A DNA stretch of 54,313 bases, the filler included, from Sphacelaria rigidula (lineage: Eukaryota): the NCBI GenBank assembly GCA_964200075.2. It is 4 parts of 4 records of this genome, joined end to end, with 100 filler letters (N's around TTAATTAATTAA, not from the genome) between each part and the next. Parts side by side here need not be neighbours in the genome. Positions count along the whole stretch, not along the records: positions 1 to 13,506 come from CAXNAA020002840.1; positions 13,607 to 27,110 come from CAXNAA020002841.1; 2 more parts are not named here. The stretch is one strand, 5' to 3'. Positions within the stretch are counted from its first letter, which is position 1. Every line of letters begins with the position of its first letter. Of the stretch, positions 10,832 to 23,639 are shown in pieces. The notes under the pieces were generated by a model. That model made no database searches. It was not told the origin of the DNA and saw nothing but the letters and a program-made list of their open reading frames with translations. Both the position numbers and the translations under genes were made by a program.

Positions 10832-13506
10832 ACCCCGTACTTGTAGAGGTTGTATGTTGTGTTTCATCTTTTGTTTTTGTATTTGGTATCTTATACTTTG
10901 TATTTTTTTCTTGTGTTTTGTTTTTTTGGACTTTGAATCCTGATTTTGTGTTTCGATTTTTTCTGCCTTGCGTCATTTTGTTTTTTTTTGCTTTTGCCTT
11001 TGTTCTTTCCTTCCCTTTTTCTTTTCTTCTCCTCTCGCGTCGAGGTTTGTTTTCGATTTTTTTTGTGTTCGATGAGTAACTCTCTTGGTTATATCGGGGA
11101 TCATCTGGCAAGGTACAAGTGACGATCGTTCCATTCCTGACCCCCAAGTCTGGAACCTTGAACTTTCGTCCTCCGCGCCGTACATTCACGACAATTCCGT
11201 ATACTGGAACAGTTGCCACGAGTTATTTATTTCTTCATTTGTTTTTGTTGTACGTACCTTTTGTCTTCTTTTGTGTAATATGTTTTTTTTTTTCATTTTT
11301 CTTGTCTTTTCGGTCGAGAGTTTTAGGAGCGAACGCTAGAGATACCTGACCCGCTCGTCTGGAATAACTGCGCTCTTGCCCAACCGCTCCGTACACGTAT
11401 ACCGGCTCCCTCTTCGGGATCGGTCGTGACGTGTCCCCCTTTTGTGTGCGTACCACGTTGAGTTATATATTACCATGGGTGAAAGTAACCGATGCCGAGT
11501 GCCTGAAATGTTTTGACCTTTTGGCTGAAACGTTTTACCCTACTTGCTTCGTACACACGAAACCGATCCCGTTTACGAGGATGTTTGCCACATGTTGTTT
11601 TCTGCTTCATGTTGCTGATATTTCGTTTTCGCTGTTGCCCAGCGTGCCCCTGGTTTTGTATTCATTTTGGTTTTGATTTCTGCGTCTGTGTCGGGAATTT
11701 CGCCATGAGTGTTCCAACGTTCCTGACCTTCGAGTCTAGAACACTTGGCCCACTTTATTTTTGCGAATCCTGCCGCGTGTGACCGACCTCGTTCATAGGA
11801 GGGTCACGGGTGATGCGACGCGATGAATTATACTTGGTGATTGGTAAGTTACAACGAGATCACCCCTGGCCACGTCGTACATAGCGGTGTTGAGAATTGT
11901 CATGAAGTCGCGGTATGATCGGTTTTAAACGTCTCCTCATACAGGACCAGTACGTATCGTGATAAGGTAGATTGCTCTTCCGGAATTATCCGTTCCGCCA
12001 TATCGATATTCGACCATTGGTACAGCCTACAGGCTCAGAGTCCGCCACTCGCTATTTTTTTCTGTCACTTTTACCAGTTATTTTGCGTATAATTACCCGC
12101 CCCTGAAATCGGTCGGTGGTGTTTTGTTTTTATCAGGGTTTTTGGGACGAAGTAACGTGACGGTACGGCCGGCTGTGGGTTTTACTCCAGTTTGTATCCA
12201 GGCCAGTCTCGTTTTAGTCCGAACGGGCAAGTACTGTGAGGAGTGGGCTGTGTTGGTTCTTCCTGTCCTGCGTAATTGTCGTGGTTCAGAAATGTGTCGG
12301 GCGATCCGCCTCGGAACTACGTAGTAGGCCCGAAGGTTGTGTATTGACTCCACTACATTTCTTTTGACGTGTACGGACACCTGACCTCACAAACCGGTCG
12401 GTTGTCTTCATATCTCGTCGTGTGAGAAAAACAAAAAAGGGCTGTACGACTGGATCATCACCCAGACGTCCCAAGCAAGTTGTTGCTCTCACAAACATGT
12501 ACCGGCAATTAACTCACGTCAACGAGTTTATTTGTACGTATCATGTTTTTGTTTTTTCAACGAAATGGTTTCGCGGGAAACTACCTTTCTCGCGACGAAA
12601 TCGGCTGTTCGTTGTTGGCTTTTGTTAATTGACTGGGACCAGTGATTAGCATGAACTTGGTTATTGGAATGATATAATGCCTTGGCGGGCTTGCTCGTTT
12701 TTTTGCCAATGACCGAAAACAAATCGGACGTCCACAAAAGAGTGAACTATTATATTCATGATATAGTCATGGCAGGGTAAGATGATCGTTTCCATGATAG
12801 GTCTCTCATTTCCTGTGGCTATCGCGGAAATGCTAACGGCATTCTGAGGACACTGCACTTTTTGTGGTATATAGTTTTGATTGTTTTTTCTTTTTTCGGG
12901 TTTTCCCATGACGCCGTCTGAAATGCTGACGAAACATGAAAACACTGAGCTCTTGTATTGGTCCGATTTGTTTTCTTTTTGCCTTGCTATTTGTGTGTGT
13001 GTTTTTCGTGTTGGTCGCCCGTTCCCATTCCCCGCACCGAAGAATACTCGATCTTTAAAGTGAATCTAAATTTTCTGTGGTGTGGGAGCGGTGTGGCTCG
13101 ATGCAAGTTCGTCCCTTCTGAAAAGGAACTGCACTTGAACGGTCCAGGGTGGGCTAATGTGATGGTATATGACGGCGTGCGAGAATTAAACTAATACTGT
13201 TGAACAGTCCAGACCACCTGCTCTGGACAGTTTCTTAGTAAAACGTGAAGTGCTGTTGAGATTGGGCATGGGGTGATTCGGTGGCCTGATAACTCGCAAG
13301 AGTCAGAAGCGCACGAAAGAAGTGTACGACTATCGTGTGCATCTTGAAGAATATCAGAACGTGCGTAGCATGAAGCTACCGTTAGCTGCATACAGCACGG
13401 AATCAAACGCGCCGCTGGATGCTTGGGCTTCACTCTCTAACAGGGTTGCCAGAAAAATGAGAAGGTATTTTGAAATGAGAATCAACCGCTCCCCGGGATT
13501 GTGTCC

Positions 13507-13606
13507 NNNNNNNNNNNNNNNNNNNNNNNNNNNNNNNNNNNNNNNNNNNNTTAATTAATTAANNNNNNNNNNNNNNNNNNNNNNNNNNNNNNNNNNNNNN
13601 NNNNNN
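13507..13606. other. Artificial contig-joining linker
   Basis: 44 N + TTAATTAATTAA (stops in all six frames) + 44 N. Confidence 0.97.
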
Positions 13607-13640
<34 letters not shown>

Positions 13641-13857
13641 CGTACTCATTTGTTGCTTGCTTGGAGGATTGAAAGCAGAAATAACAAAGAGTACAACGCC
13701 GATGGCTCCGGGCTCCTACAGGGCATCGATGCTGGGCTTGCGCCCGTTAACCATGCTCTCCTCATGGAATTGAAACGTTTCCAAGCGCGGGGATTGACAC
13801 CTCTACACGTCTTATACGAGTTCACCCCCCCGACTCCTTCAGAAACGGTATCGGTAC

Positions 13858-14052
13858 CTGCTGTTGTTCTCTAGCTGCGAGCACCACGTTGGCGAACAAG
13901 TGCCTGGATCGATTTTGTCCCACATTTCGCTTAAGCGCTCGCTGTATTACAAGGGTGGCCATTGTCCTTCTCAAGTCTACTGGGCGGTAGGACTTCCCGC
14001 TCGCGGCTCGACTGTCGTCAGACAAAAGCGCGGCCCCTAGTCCCAGCAGAAC
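13858..14052 (-). CDS. Channel exon: IQ motif (may instead read through to the stop at 13822)
   Basis: VLLGLGAALL...ATLVIQRALKRN...; gagcag acceptor. Confidence 0.75.
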
Positions 14053-17000
14053 CTGCTCGTGTTCGGGACGCATCGCAACATTGATCGGGCTGTGTATGTA
14101 TCGGTACCATCCGCACAAGACATGTTGGAGATTGAGTACATCAACACACCAATACAGTGGCAATTTATTGCCTCCCAACCACAGGAACGACCCGCGAGGA
14201 CGAGCGGGAAGTAGAACGCCCCCCCCCACCCCCCACCCGGCTGATGAGGGGACGTCGCCGGAGGCAGGAAAGTATCGCATTTTCCTTGCACATCGCTTTG
14301 ATATTGCGTTCATGATTGACCGCCCGAGAACAGCCAGCACTTAGCACGGGAGCTTACAAATCGCGGACGGATATTTTCTATCGAGTGTGAACCTTGGGAA
14401 CCTTCGTAGTCAAAGAAATAGTTTCGGAGTACAAATGCAAATGCATCCTCCGGCCGTGATGTTTGGCCTCAATACATCTTCAAATCCCGTGTTTGTAGCG
14501 AACAATTTCAACTCACGTTTGCTCCCCTGCAAGATACTGTTCATGGTTGTCAGAATCTTTCGTTAACACGGAAAATAAAATATTGAACGTGGATTTGTTT
14601 TTAGGATGAGCAAGGACGCACATTACGGCCGGATAGTGCATGTGCGCTTTGGTTTCGAGAGTATTTGGGTTTGGATGCATACGAATGTTCCCCGGGTTCA
14701 TCCTCAACAAAAAATCCACCCGCAATTTGTAGAAGCCCGTGTCATTTCGCGGGCACGAACTTATACTGTTGTGAGAAATGAGGCGACCCAAACTGTTGAA
14801 GTTTACGCGATATTCAGTGCCGTTGAATGTGTGCTGAGTTAGCAGAACAAGCGTTGTAATATATAAAATGGAGGTCATCACCGTGGACGCGTTCGATTCT
14901 TCAGACCGGTGTTCGCATGGTACATGGTATGGAGTAACCGCCGGGTGACGCAGGCCTGCTGAACCGTAGCCGCCGCAAATATGCCCCCACAGCGACACAA
15001 TGACGGCAACACATGTACATCCCGTGGAAAAAGAATTTAACAACGGCCGTAGGTTCGAATCTCGGCGAAGTAAAAAGATCTGAGATGTTTCTCACATCAT
15101 GCCCAACAGTGGAGAGTGACTGTGCCGTTGGTACACGAATTTCGACTTCACGGTCGACGAGGGAAAGGAACAGCTGAACCGTTCTTGCGACAAAAACTAA
15201 GGCAAGCACCGCAGAAGGAAGGTGCAGTGCTGAATCAAGGTTGCAAAAACCTCCGGGGTTGATCTTCCTCTCATGTGACCCCTGCTGATGCACCCACGTA
15301 TGCCGAGATATGTAGACTGGCGTCCAGAACAGATGGAATGACAACACACACACAACACGTGCGCAGCAATATATTGATATATTGGTGCTGGGGACTGTCA
15401 ACGCCAATACTTGGCAAATTATTGCCATTGCTCAACGTGTACTGATCTCAATACACAGCAATAATTGTTGATAGCTTCCAATTACCAAGCACCATATAAG
15501 CTGTCGTGTGCTATGTATCACGATTCCGGCGATGAAAAACCAATATGGGTATGCAATCGCATGATACCTTGCCCCCTCCACCAAACGCATTCTCCGAACC
15601 TTCTGAACTGGGCACAGTCTAGTGTCCGGCGCTGTAGTGCGTACACCTATCGTACGTTGCACCAACTCCGGAATAAAGAGGACAGAAACGGATGTTTCGC
15701 GTCGTATGCGCTGGGCGATCTTGCTCCTTCACCAACCACGAACCATATCTTCCACGCATACGTCGCAGACTTCCCGATTGAAAAGAAAGAGCAGGGCTCT
15801 CTTCTGTATGTTTTGCTTCGTCAGTCACAAATCGTGCAGCATCTAACCATGAAATGCGACTGATCGCCCCACAGCTGAGGATTTGGATACATCAACGGTA
15901 TTTTGGAAAAAATCCTCCGCCGTGTGCCAGCGAAGTACGTACCCGAGTGAAGCTGTGATCAAACTCTGCCGACGAGCGCAGCATGGCCAGGTATCGCCCG
16001 GCTGTAGAGTGGTTACCAGCTGCGCCCAAGGGTTTCCCTAGTTGCTCCAAAAACTGCACATACGTGCACGCGCCAGATGTGCAGGCAAGGAATCGACAAG
16101 GAAGACAGCACGAAAGCAATGTCAGATAAACCGATAAAACGAATGAAACTTCATTGGGTTGGCCGCACGGGCTATCCTAGCCTTTTCTTTAACAGTTCTC
16201 TCTAGCGCGGTAGCATCATGCTGATAGTCATTGTGGCATCATATTCCAGCGTACTCCGGACCATGCGACTAATGCCGAGATAGCCCCCCCACGAAAAGTG
16301 TACCGGAGACCGTCCGACAAACCGGCTGCGATCCCACTTTTGGGCTCGTTTACAGCAATTTCGTCTACATAAAAGGCGTAAAGCGATCCGAACTCAGCTA
16401 TAACGCCCAAATGAGTCGCGTCGTGCAGCCCGAAATCAGCTCTAACGACATTTATGATCATCGCCTCCGTGCACGTTTTTGGCCGGTTCGGGGGAGGGCT
16501 ATTTCGGCAGCAGTCATGCATGTACGGTCAATGCTCTTACCATCGGTGTTTAGTCGGTACGCGGCCTCGAGGCGCCGTTTGTTTTGCTCCAAACGAGAGG
16601 CGTCCCTGTGCTCAACTTATGGTAGTAGGTGTAATAGTTTTTCTTCTTGTCACACTTTGAACCGCCCCCCATTCCGTGTTCGAAAAGGATGAGCGGTCAA
16701 TGGTCAACAGACTATGGAAAGCTACAAATGAGTGCTCCCCCCTGCTCGGGACGAGTCCGTGACCTCAAAGCATCAGCCCAGCATCCCCGGTAGACGCCTT
16801 GCGTCTTGGTCTCGCAGCTTTGGTCAGCACTCACGCACCGTATCATCGAATAAATCCAGTCAAGTACTCTTTGTCTACTCACGTACTCACGGTTTCGACG
16901 GTGGAAATCAGATACTCGGAAGAAAAACCTGAAGCATCGGGAATCGAACCCGCATTCTCTCCACTCCAACGGTCACAGTCAGATCATTTTATTTTACAGC

Positions 17001-20000
17001 ACCGGGACGCAACGTCAGTGGAACCGCGAATTTGCTCAGCGGCAATCTTTGGTCTCACCGTAAATAGGTACTTCGGCGGTATAAATCCGTCGCCGGAGGG
17101 ATCGAAGGTAGCCCACAAGTCTTGAAATTGTGGCAACTGATCCTCGAGGTCCTGCCTCTCCATCGCATTCAAAACCTGGACCGAAATAATGGGCAGAATG
17201 GCGCTATATTTCGTGAGAAATTCAACGTATGCTTAAGACGTGATATTCGACACGATCGGATTCACGTCACGGTACGACATTATAAGCGTAGCTTCGTGAT
17301 GCAAGAATACAATGTAGGGACGGAAGTTGAGGGCATATTACTGAACAGCGATGAGTACTGTGACAGCAGTCGGGATGCATCACACCACCACAACTTTTAG
17401 AGGTAATATTTTCCTTTTTTTTCCCCACCGACAGGGCTTCACCACCCTATCATCTGCTCACGTAGTAACAGTAAACTACAACGAGGGTTGTGTCAGTACC
17501 TATGTACACCGAACGTTTCACCGGCAGTACTACCACATCGTTCTTAAGCTGCTGTGTCCGCCTTGTCCGACTAGAGCTTGCCTCGTCCAGTGTTCGTCAA
17601 CCGCCATATAGCAGTTCCCTGCTTCGATTAACCCATGACCGCGATGGGCGGGCGCAGCGGCACGAACAACCGCCTCGAAAATATATTGTCCGACGACAGA
17701 CTCGACTTACGATTGGCATGGCATGCTAAGTTCAAGAAAAAACGACGCAGTGCTGGCCTTGGAAGCATTTGGTAATTTTATGTCCAGTTATCACACATAC
17801 CCTGCGCTTTTCAAATACTCGTAGTTTCCACCCACCTCGAAAGTTTCCACTATCACCATGATGAAGAGGTTGGTCAGAATAAACTGGCTCACTCTGCAAG
17901 GACCAGCCAGCAAATCGAGGGGTACGCCGTCAGCGGGTGAAGCGTTGGGAGGGCGAGATGAATCAGAGTTGCCCACGGTGTGACGGTCCGAATCGACGAG
18001 AAAATATGCGACACATGTCTTCCCTCTGTCACCGCTTGATGGGTAGAGGTGGTTCGGACCGGTCCTTGTGTTATGGATACCGACGCCATCGAGCAAACAA
18101 GTATACAAAACGAAGTACGAACGGCACATGCCGCACGCTGGCTCTCGTTCCGTTTCAGGCAATCTGTACCCGACTATCGTCTGTTCCTTGGGGATCTGCA
18201 TCGTATTGCCCTGCAGTACTCAATCGCTGAAGGCTTCTCAACCTTGTGGAGGTATGGCGAAGACAAAAACGTTCGATACGTACATAACGAAGACCAAAAA
18301 GAAGAGCATGACCAACGACTCGGGCTGGTCGCTGGACACCGCGACAGCGGAGGCGTACTCCGCCCAGGCCTCCCCCGTGGACACAATGAAGAGCAGCTGC
18401 ATGCCGCGCCAAACTGACGAGAAGTCTTGGTAGTTGTTGGCCGTACCCGTCTGCCGTGGATGACAGCACCGGTGAGTACCAGCGACATGCTTAGATTATC
18501 CCTTTTACCTACAGCTAGCTCACGGCAGTCGACAAGTGTATGGCCGGATATATCACCGCGGGATGCATGTGTTTGCAAGTCGCTCTATCGCCTTGATGCT
18601 GTGGTGAGCCACCAAAACACCCTCACACTGGAAAACGAAAGTGTCAATACACCCTGAAAATATTGGTTCCCCAAAGCTAATACGCCCTACGTCTCCGGCA
18701 GCGCTATACACCGTGAAATAAAAGGACAGCTAACAAGTTGGGAGCGGGCTACCATAGAGTGTGGCATGAAGCTTGATTCTGTAGAACTTACCTGCTCCTC
18801 AGCTGAGGCGAACAGCGCTACGCCAATGTTGGCGAAAATGTACGCGCCCAGAGACAGAAGTACAAACACAGATGCCAAGATGCGGGACGGGTAGGTGCAG
18901 GCCGCCAAGATCTGATTGAAGCCCGGTATATAGGTCGCCAGGCGAATGATGCGAAAAACCCGTAAAGATCGTACTAGCCTCAGAAGAACGATGTCACCCC
19001 TGGTTGAGTTCGCCCGGTTGTCAGTAGTGAGGTAAATGCAGCAGCGTCACGCCGAAAGGGAGCGGGACGGGGGGGCGGGAGTCGGTGTGTCGCTTTTTAC
19101 AACCATCGCAGTATGTAGCAATGTGCTACACCCTCACATCAACCATCCCTGAATGGTGTTACTGTAATCTGGCAACACGTCTCCCTCACGCACATGCACC
19201 CACCTCTCTACCGAGCGTATTGTTCGTGTTGTCAGAGATCTTGTCATTGTTTTGTAACTACATATATCTCGGATGTGCCTACACCCCCCGGCCGACGTGC
19301 CGACGGGAAGGCCTTCACCCCCATTCATGCACCTCGCGGGGATCTGTTGGCACTGCAAGCGATCGCAACCCCTCTTGCTGAACTAATGAGCCTAGTGGAA
19401 ACATTTCTCCCCCATTCCCACGAATCGCGTGACGTCACAGGGCGGTCGGTTCCCTCACCCCGAACAAGTGTGACTTCTGGTGAAAAAAACGTCAGCCAAG
19501 GAAGCTACCGTCACCACGAAGTCAAATGTCTGCCGTCCAGTGGAGAAGTAGCAGCTAGGGCCGAGACCGATCAAGGCAAGGGATGCCTCCACAACGAATA
19601 CGAAGGCGAAGCCATCATTGAATATGTCTTGTACCGTCGACTGAGAATCGGAAACATTGGCGCCGTCTGCCATTGGAGTTGAGAGGGGGGAGGCGGGGGG
19701 GGGGGGGAGAGAGCGCGCTTTGGTCAAGTGAACTTCTCACAGGGTCATAACTTCCAGACAACCTGCAAGCAGCAGCACACTTCGGCCCACGTCTGACAGG
19801 GTAAACTATCAGTTTCTAGTCACCCCGCAAATAGTGTCCATCTCGTTAACAAACTCGTCATCGTACATACACATGGCGCATGAGTACACTGCTAGGTGAT
19901 TGGTCGATAGGATGACCCACTGTTGTGCACGCCATACATTATTCGGCAAGCCAAACCAAACAGCACATGTACGGTGACAGAGTTGTTTTTTCGACAGATA

Positions 20001-23000
20001 CATGTGCGAGGGGAGCATGTGATATGATGAGCCGGCGAGGGAGAGAAGGGGGAAGGTACATTTGGGGGCGACTCATCACACCTTAAGCCGTTAGCACAAT
20101 ACAGAGATTATTCGATGTTCAGGGAGCATGAGGAATCATGGGAAGGGTGTTCTCGCAATCCTAAATTCAATAGCCGGGTTTGGGGGTTTGATCCCTGACA
20201 TCGACGGTTGGCTATAGAGTTTTTCGTGGTTAAATAACGTCAGGACGGGAATAAGCAGCAAATGTGTCGCAAGTTGACCGTTTGCAGGCCTGCGGATCCA
20301 ACGCTTGAAAAAAGAAGGCCAGGCAAGGATCGAGGGGGAACGATGGTGAATCTACAGAAACCACACACCGTTTTGGGGGAAAGCCATTGGGCTATTTTGC
20401 AGGACTGTTGGCCCAATGTTGGGCATCAGATTGCCAAGCAAATACCGGCGGAGAGAAGGGTTCATGCCCTGAGAACACGAGCTCGTCCGGCGAGAGGGAA
20501 AGAAGCAAACGTACCCCCGCGTATGAACGTGTATTCGTGCTGAATCCTGACAAATACGGGGCTCTTTACCGGAAACAGGCAGTCGATCTCGTGTTGAGAA
20601 TGTGAGGACATGAGTAGTGAATTGGTTTCCACGAAAAGGTGACGCGGTGCGGGAACGCTGATCCCATTCGCGATAGCAGCATAATAGGAGTGTACCGGGG
20701 GCGGAGATGGATTGATCCCTTGAGGCTACGGAGTCGTCCCGAAGCAAGGGGAGATTGGAAGTATGACGAAAAAAACAAAAAACGCGGAAGTCTGGGTGGG
20801 CCGGTAGATCTGGTTGTGAACACTGTTTAAGCATCACAAATACCCCCTCTCGACCGAGCGATGTTGGCAGCGGGTGGACGACGCGAAATCGCCATGGAAC
20901 CTCCTCAAGGGAAACTGGGAAGCACACAGTAGCCCCGACGCCTGAGCGATAGGTAATGCAGAAGTGAAGGAAACTGAAATTTTTCGGCGTAAATGTGCTT
21001 CACCTCTCTGCCCGATCACGATCAGGCTTCTTGTTCCGACGGGAGAGTCGAGAAATGATCACGATAGTCAGTGACAGTCTTTCGCATGCATGCGAAGATA
21101 TATCCATCGCCACGTGCTGCGACGTATCTGATGCACGCTCATTTCAGGACTGTCCTCTGACACACGTCTAGCAGCAGCAACAACATTTCCGCGCCGGCAC
21201 TCACCAACTGCCAGGACGACTGCGTTAACCACGAGGATCCCGATGATAAAGTTGTTGAAACAGTTCGACAAGACCAGCTGCTGAATGTTTATCCTCCACT
21301 TTCGACCATCGCAGTTGCACGGTGCCACCACCGGTGATACCTGAGAGACGCACGCGTGGGGAGAGATTCAGGGGGGGGAGAGCGTACTCATTTTGTTGCT
21401 TGCCTTAGTCATGTGACCATTAACCACGCATCCCTTTCGAGACGGAGCACCGTTCCTACTCCTAACAGAGACACCTCCAACATTCCGGCGCTCATTACGT
21501 TTGTTCCGTACATCACACAAAAACCTTTGACATATCTTATCCCCGTCCTGTTTCGCCGTCTGTGGTCACCATCTATCTCGTAGCATAGCCATCGTTTTCT
21601 CCCTACTGTCTATTACATCAAACAATTTCATGCTATCTTTGTTTACGTCCCGCATTCCCCCCCTAGCACGTCCCATTCCTCCTTGTCTAGTTTACATTCT
21701 GCCACTCTATGACTTCTGTTCTCTATTCCTTTGCCACAGGGGCAGTACTGTCCATCTACTTCCTCCTCCTTTCGCCGATGGGTATATCTCTTTCTGGCAG
21801 GTTCAGGTCCCGCACCCGACCCGAAATCGCAGTTTCATATTTGTTTACGGGGGGGGGGGGGGGGGGGTACTCATTTGTTGCTTGCCTTAGTCGCTCTACC
21901 ATTGACCACGCACCCCTTTCGAGACGGAGCTCGGGGGGGGGGGGGGGTGGAGAAGAGCCTACTCAACCTCTGGGTTAAAAACTGGCATCAAATTGGTGTG
22001 ATCACTACTTCATCACTCGCGCGGGAATCGGCGGTATCCCGCGCGTGCACTGCGGTGAACACCGTGCTGCTACGAATCTGATCTCATGGCTCCGTACGGT
22101 GAACGTCTGCCTGCTACTATTGTTCGCGATCTCTTGTTGCGACGATGCTTCGAAATTCAGAGGGTTTGAGCGTTGGCGATGTTATCCGCGCACTTGAGTA
22201 CACACAGCGAAATACCATCAGCTACAATCGCGGTGTCTCCGTCGCCATCCCCTTCCGATGCTGGCGTAACCTTAATTCAGAATCATTGATTTCTCAGTGT
22301 ACGCTCCAAGACGCTTGCGCCAGACTAGCAGGGCACGACACGAACTCGGTCGATACTTCCGATGAAGATCCTCCCCCCCACGTCGAAAGTTGCTAACAGG
22401 AAAGAAAGAAAAAAACAGTGTAGCGTCTGTCGGACTAATAGAAACAACGCGATACAAAGCCATTTACACTCAAGAACCGCGGCGTCGAAATCATGCGATG
22501 TTTACGTTCGCCCCGGAAGTACGGAGAAGTAGTCCCTCGTTTCTACCTGGCACAAGCGCTTCTCGTAGTCTCGCCATCTACGTTCCTCCTGAGACACTAG
22601 CTTGCCATCTCCATCCATGTTCTTGTACGACAGGAATGCCTCGAACATGACTCCAACGAACAGGTTGGTGATGTAGAAGCCGAAGACGATAATACCCGCA
22701 AAGAAGTACCAAAATGCTGGATTCTGTTCGCCGGTAGGGTATTGTTGTTGGGTGCGCACGCGACATCTAGGGGGAAATAACAAAAAAATTGAACGACGAT
22801 CACCGCACGCATGGTCTCGACTTGCAAGTTGCCAAAAATCAAAATCATGTATTTGCCGCATTTTGAACCCCTCCCCTTCGTCAGGACTATTCCTCGGGAC
22901 GAGTCCGAGTTCGTTGTCTCAATGGATCAACCCATCTCTCCCCGGTACAGGCCTTGCATGTTGGTCTCGCGGATTGGGTCATGACTATCAGCACTCCCGC

Positions 23001-23605
23001 ACCGCATCGACTCTCGTCAAACGAACTCGATCAACGACTCTTTTTCTCTACTCACATACTCACGCTTTCAACTGTGGAAATCAGATAATTTGAAGAAAGA
23101 ACTCATCGCATCGGGAATCGAACCCGCATTCTCTCCACCGCAGCGGTGACGGTCTGACCATTGCACCACCTGGGCGCGGCGGCAACTATCCTCATCAACA
23201 ATCATCACCTCCAGACGAGTTCAACGCTGCTGGATGATACCTTACACCTCACGTTCGCGCATACGGATCAAACTATTTTCAGGCCAACGCTTATTTCTCG
23301 GCCGTGGTAAGGGGGTCTAAAGCCATGTGTACGTGATCATGCTATTCGCTCAGCGTAGGTCGCAACCGGACGTTGACTGCAGCTAGCGGTATCGCGCGTG
23401 AATCTCCAAACGAAATTCACGAACAAAATGATCGACTCTGGGTGATGGAATGGAACGGTGCGATAAATATATATTTAATAAGTATATAACTAAAATAGTT
23501 GAACAACATTACATTTTTTTTAATTCATATTCGCAAGCGCAAAGTGACACCGCTGAACGTTGAAACGGTGAAGCGAGGATATTTGCATACATGTATTGTA
23601 TGTGC

Positions 23606-23639
<34 letters not shown>

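Larger units (their letters stand above)
1000..11800 (+). mobile_element. Decayed Ty3/Gypsy (chromovirus-like) LTR retrotransposon, internal region; LTR pair not visible, boundaries approximate
   Basis: Domain order PR-RT-RNaseH-IN-chromodomain in ORF fragments 4883-10601. Fragmented gag-like ORFs at about 1300-4850, a T-rich 3' UTR at about 10860-11300, and a purine-rich ATAGGAGGG near 11795. Confidence 0.85.

Noticed and set aside
10710..11219. Lys-rich 169-aa minus-strand ORF
   Set aside because: It is the antisense reading of a T-rich UTR plus a hairpin, a compositional artefact.
13551..13562. TTAATTAATTAA palindrome repeated three times in the window
   Set aside because: It is always centred in 88 Ns, so it is an artificial linker rather than a biological motif.
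19743..19764. Possible 22-bp micro-exon (cag...gtgag) in the channel gene
   Set aside because: It would shift the frame; exons 21205 and 19666 join directly (LAV-D-GAN).
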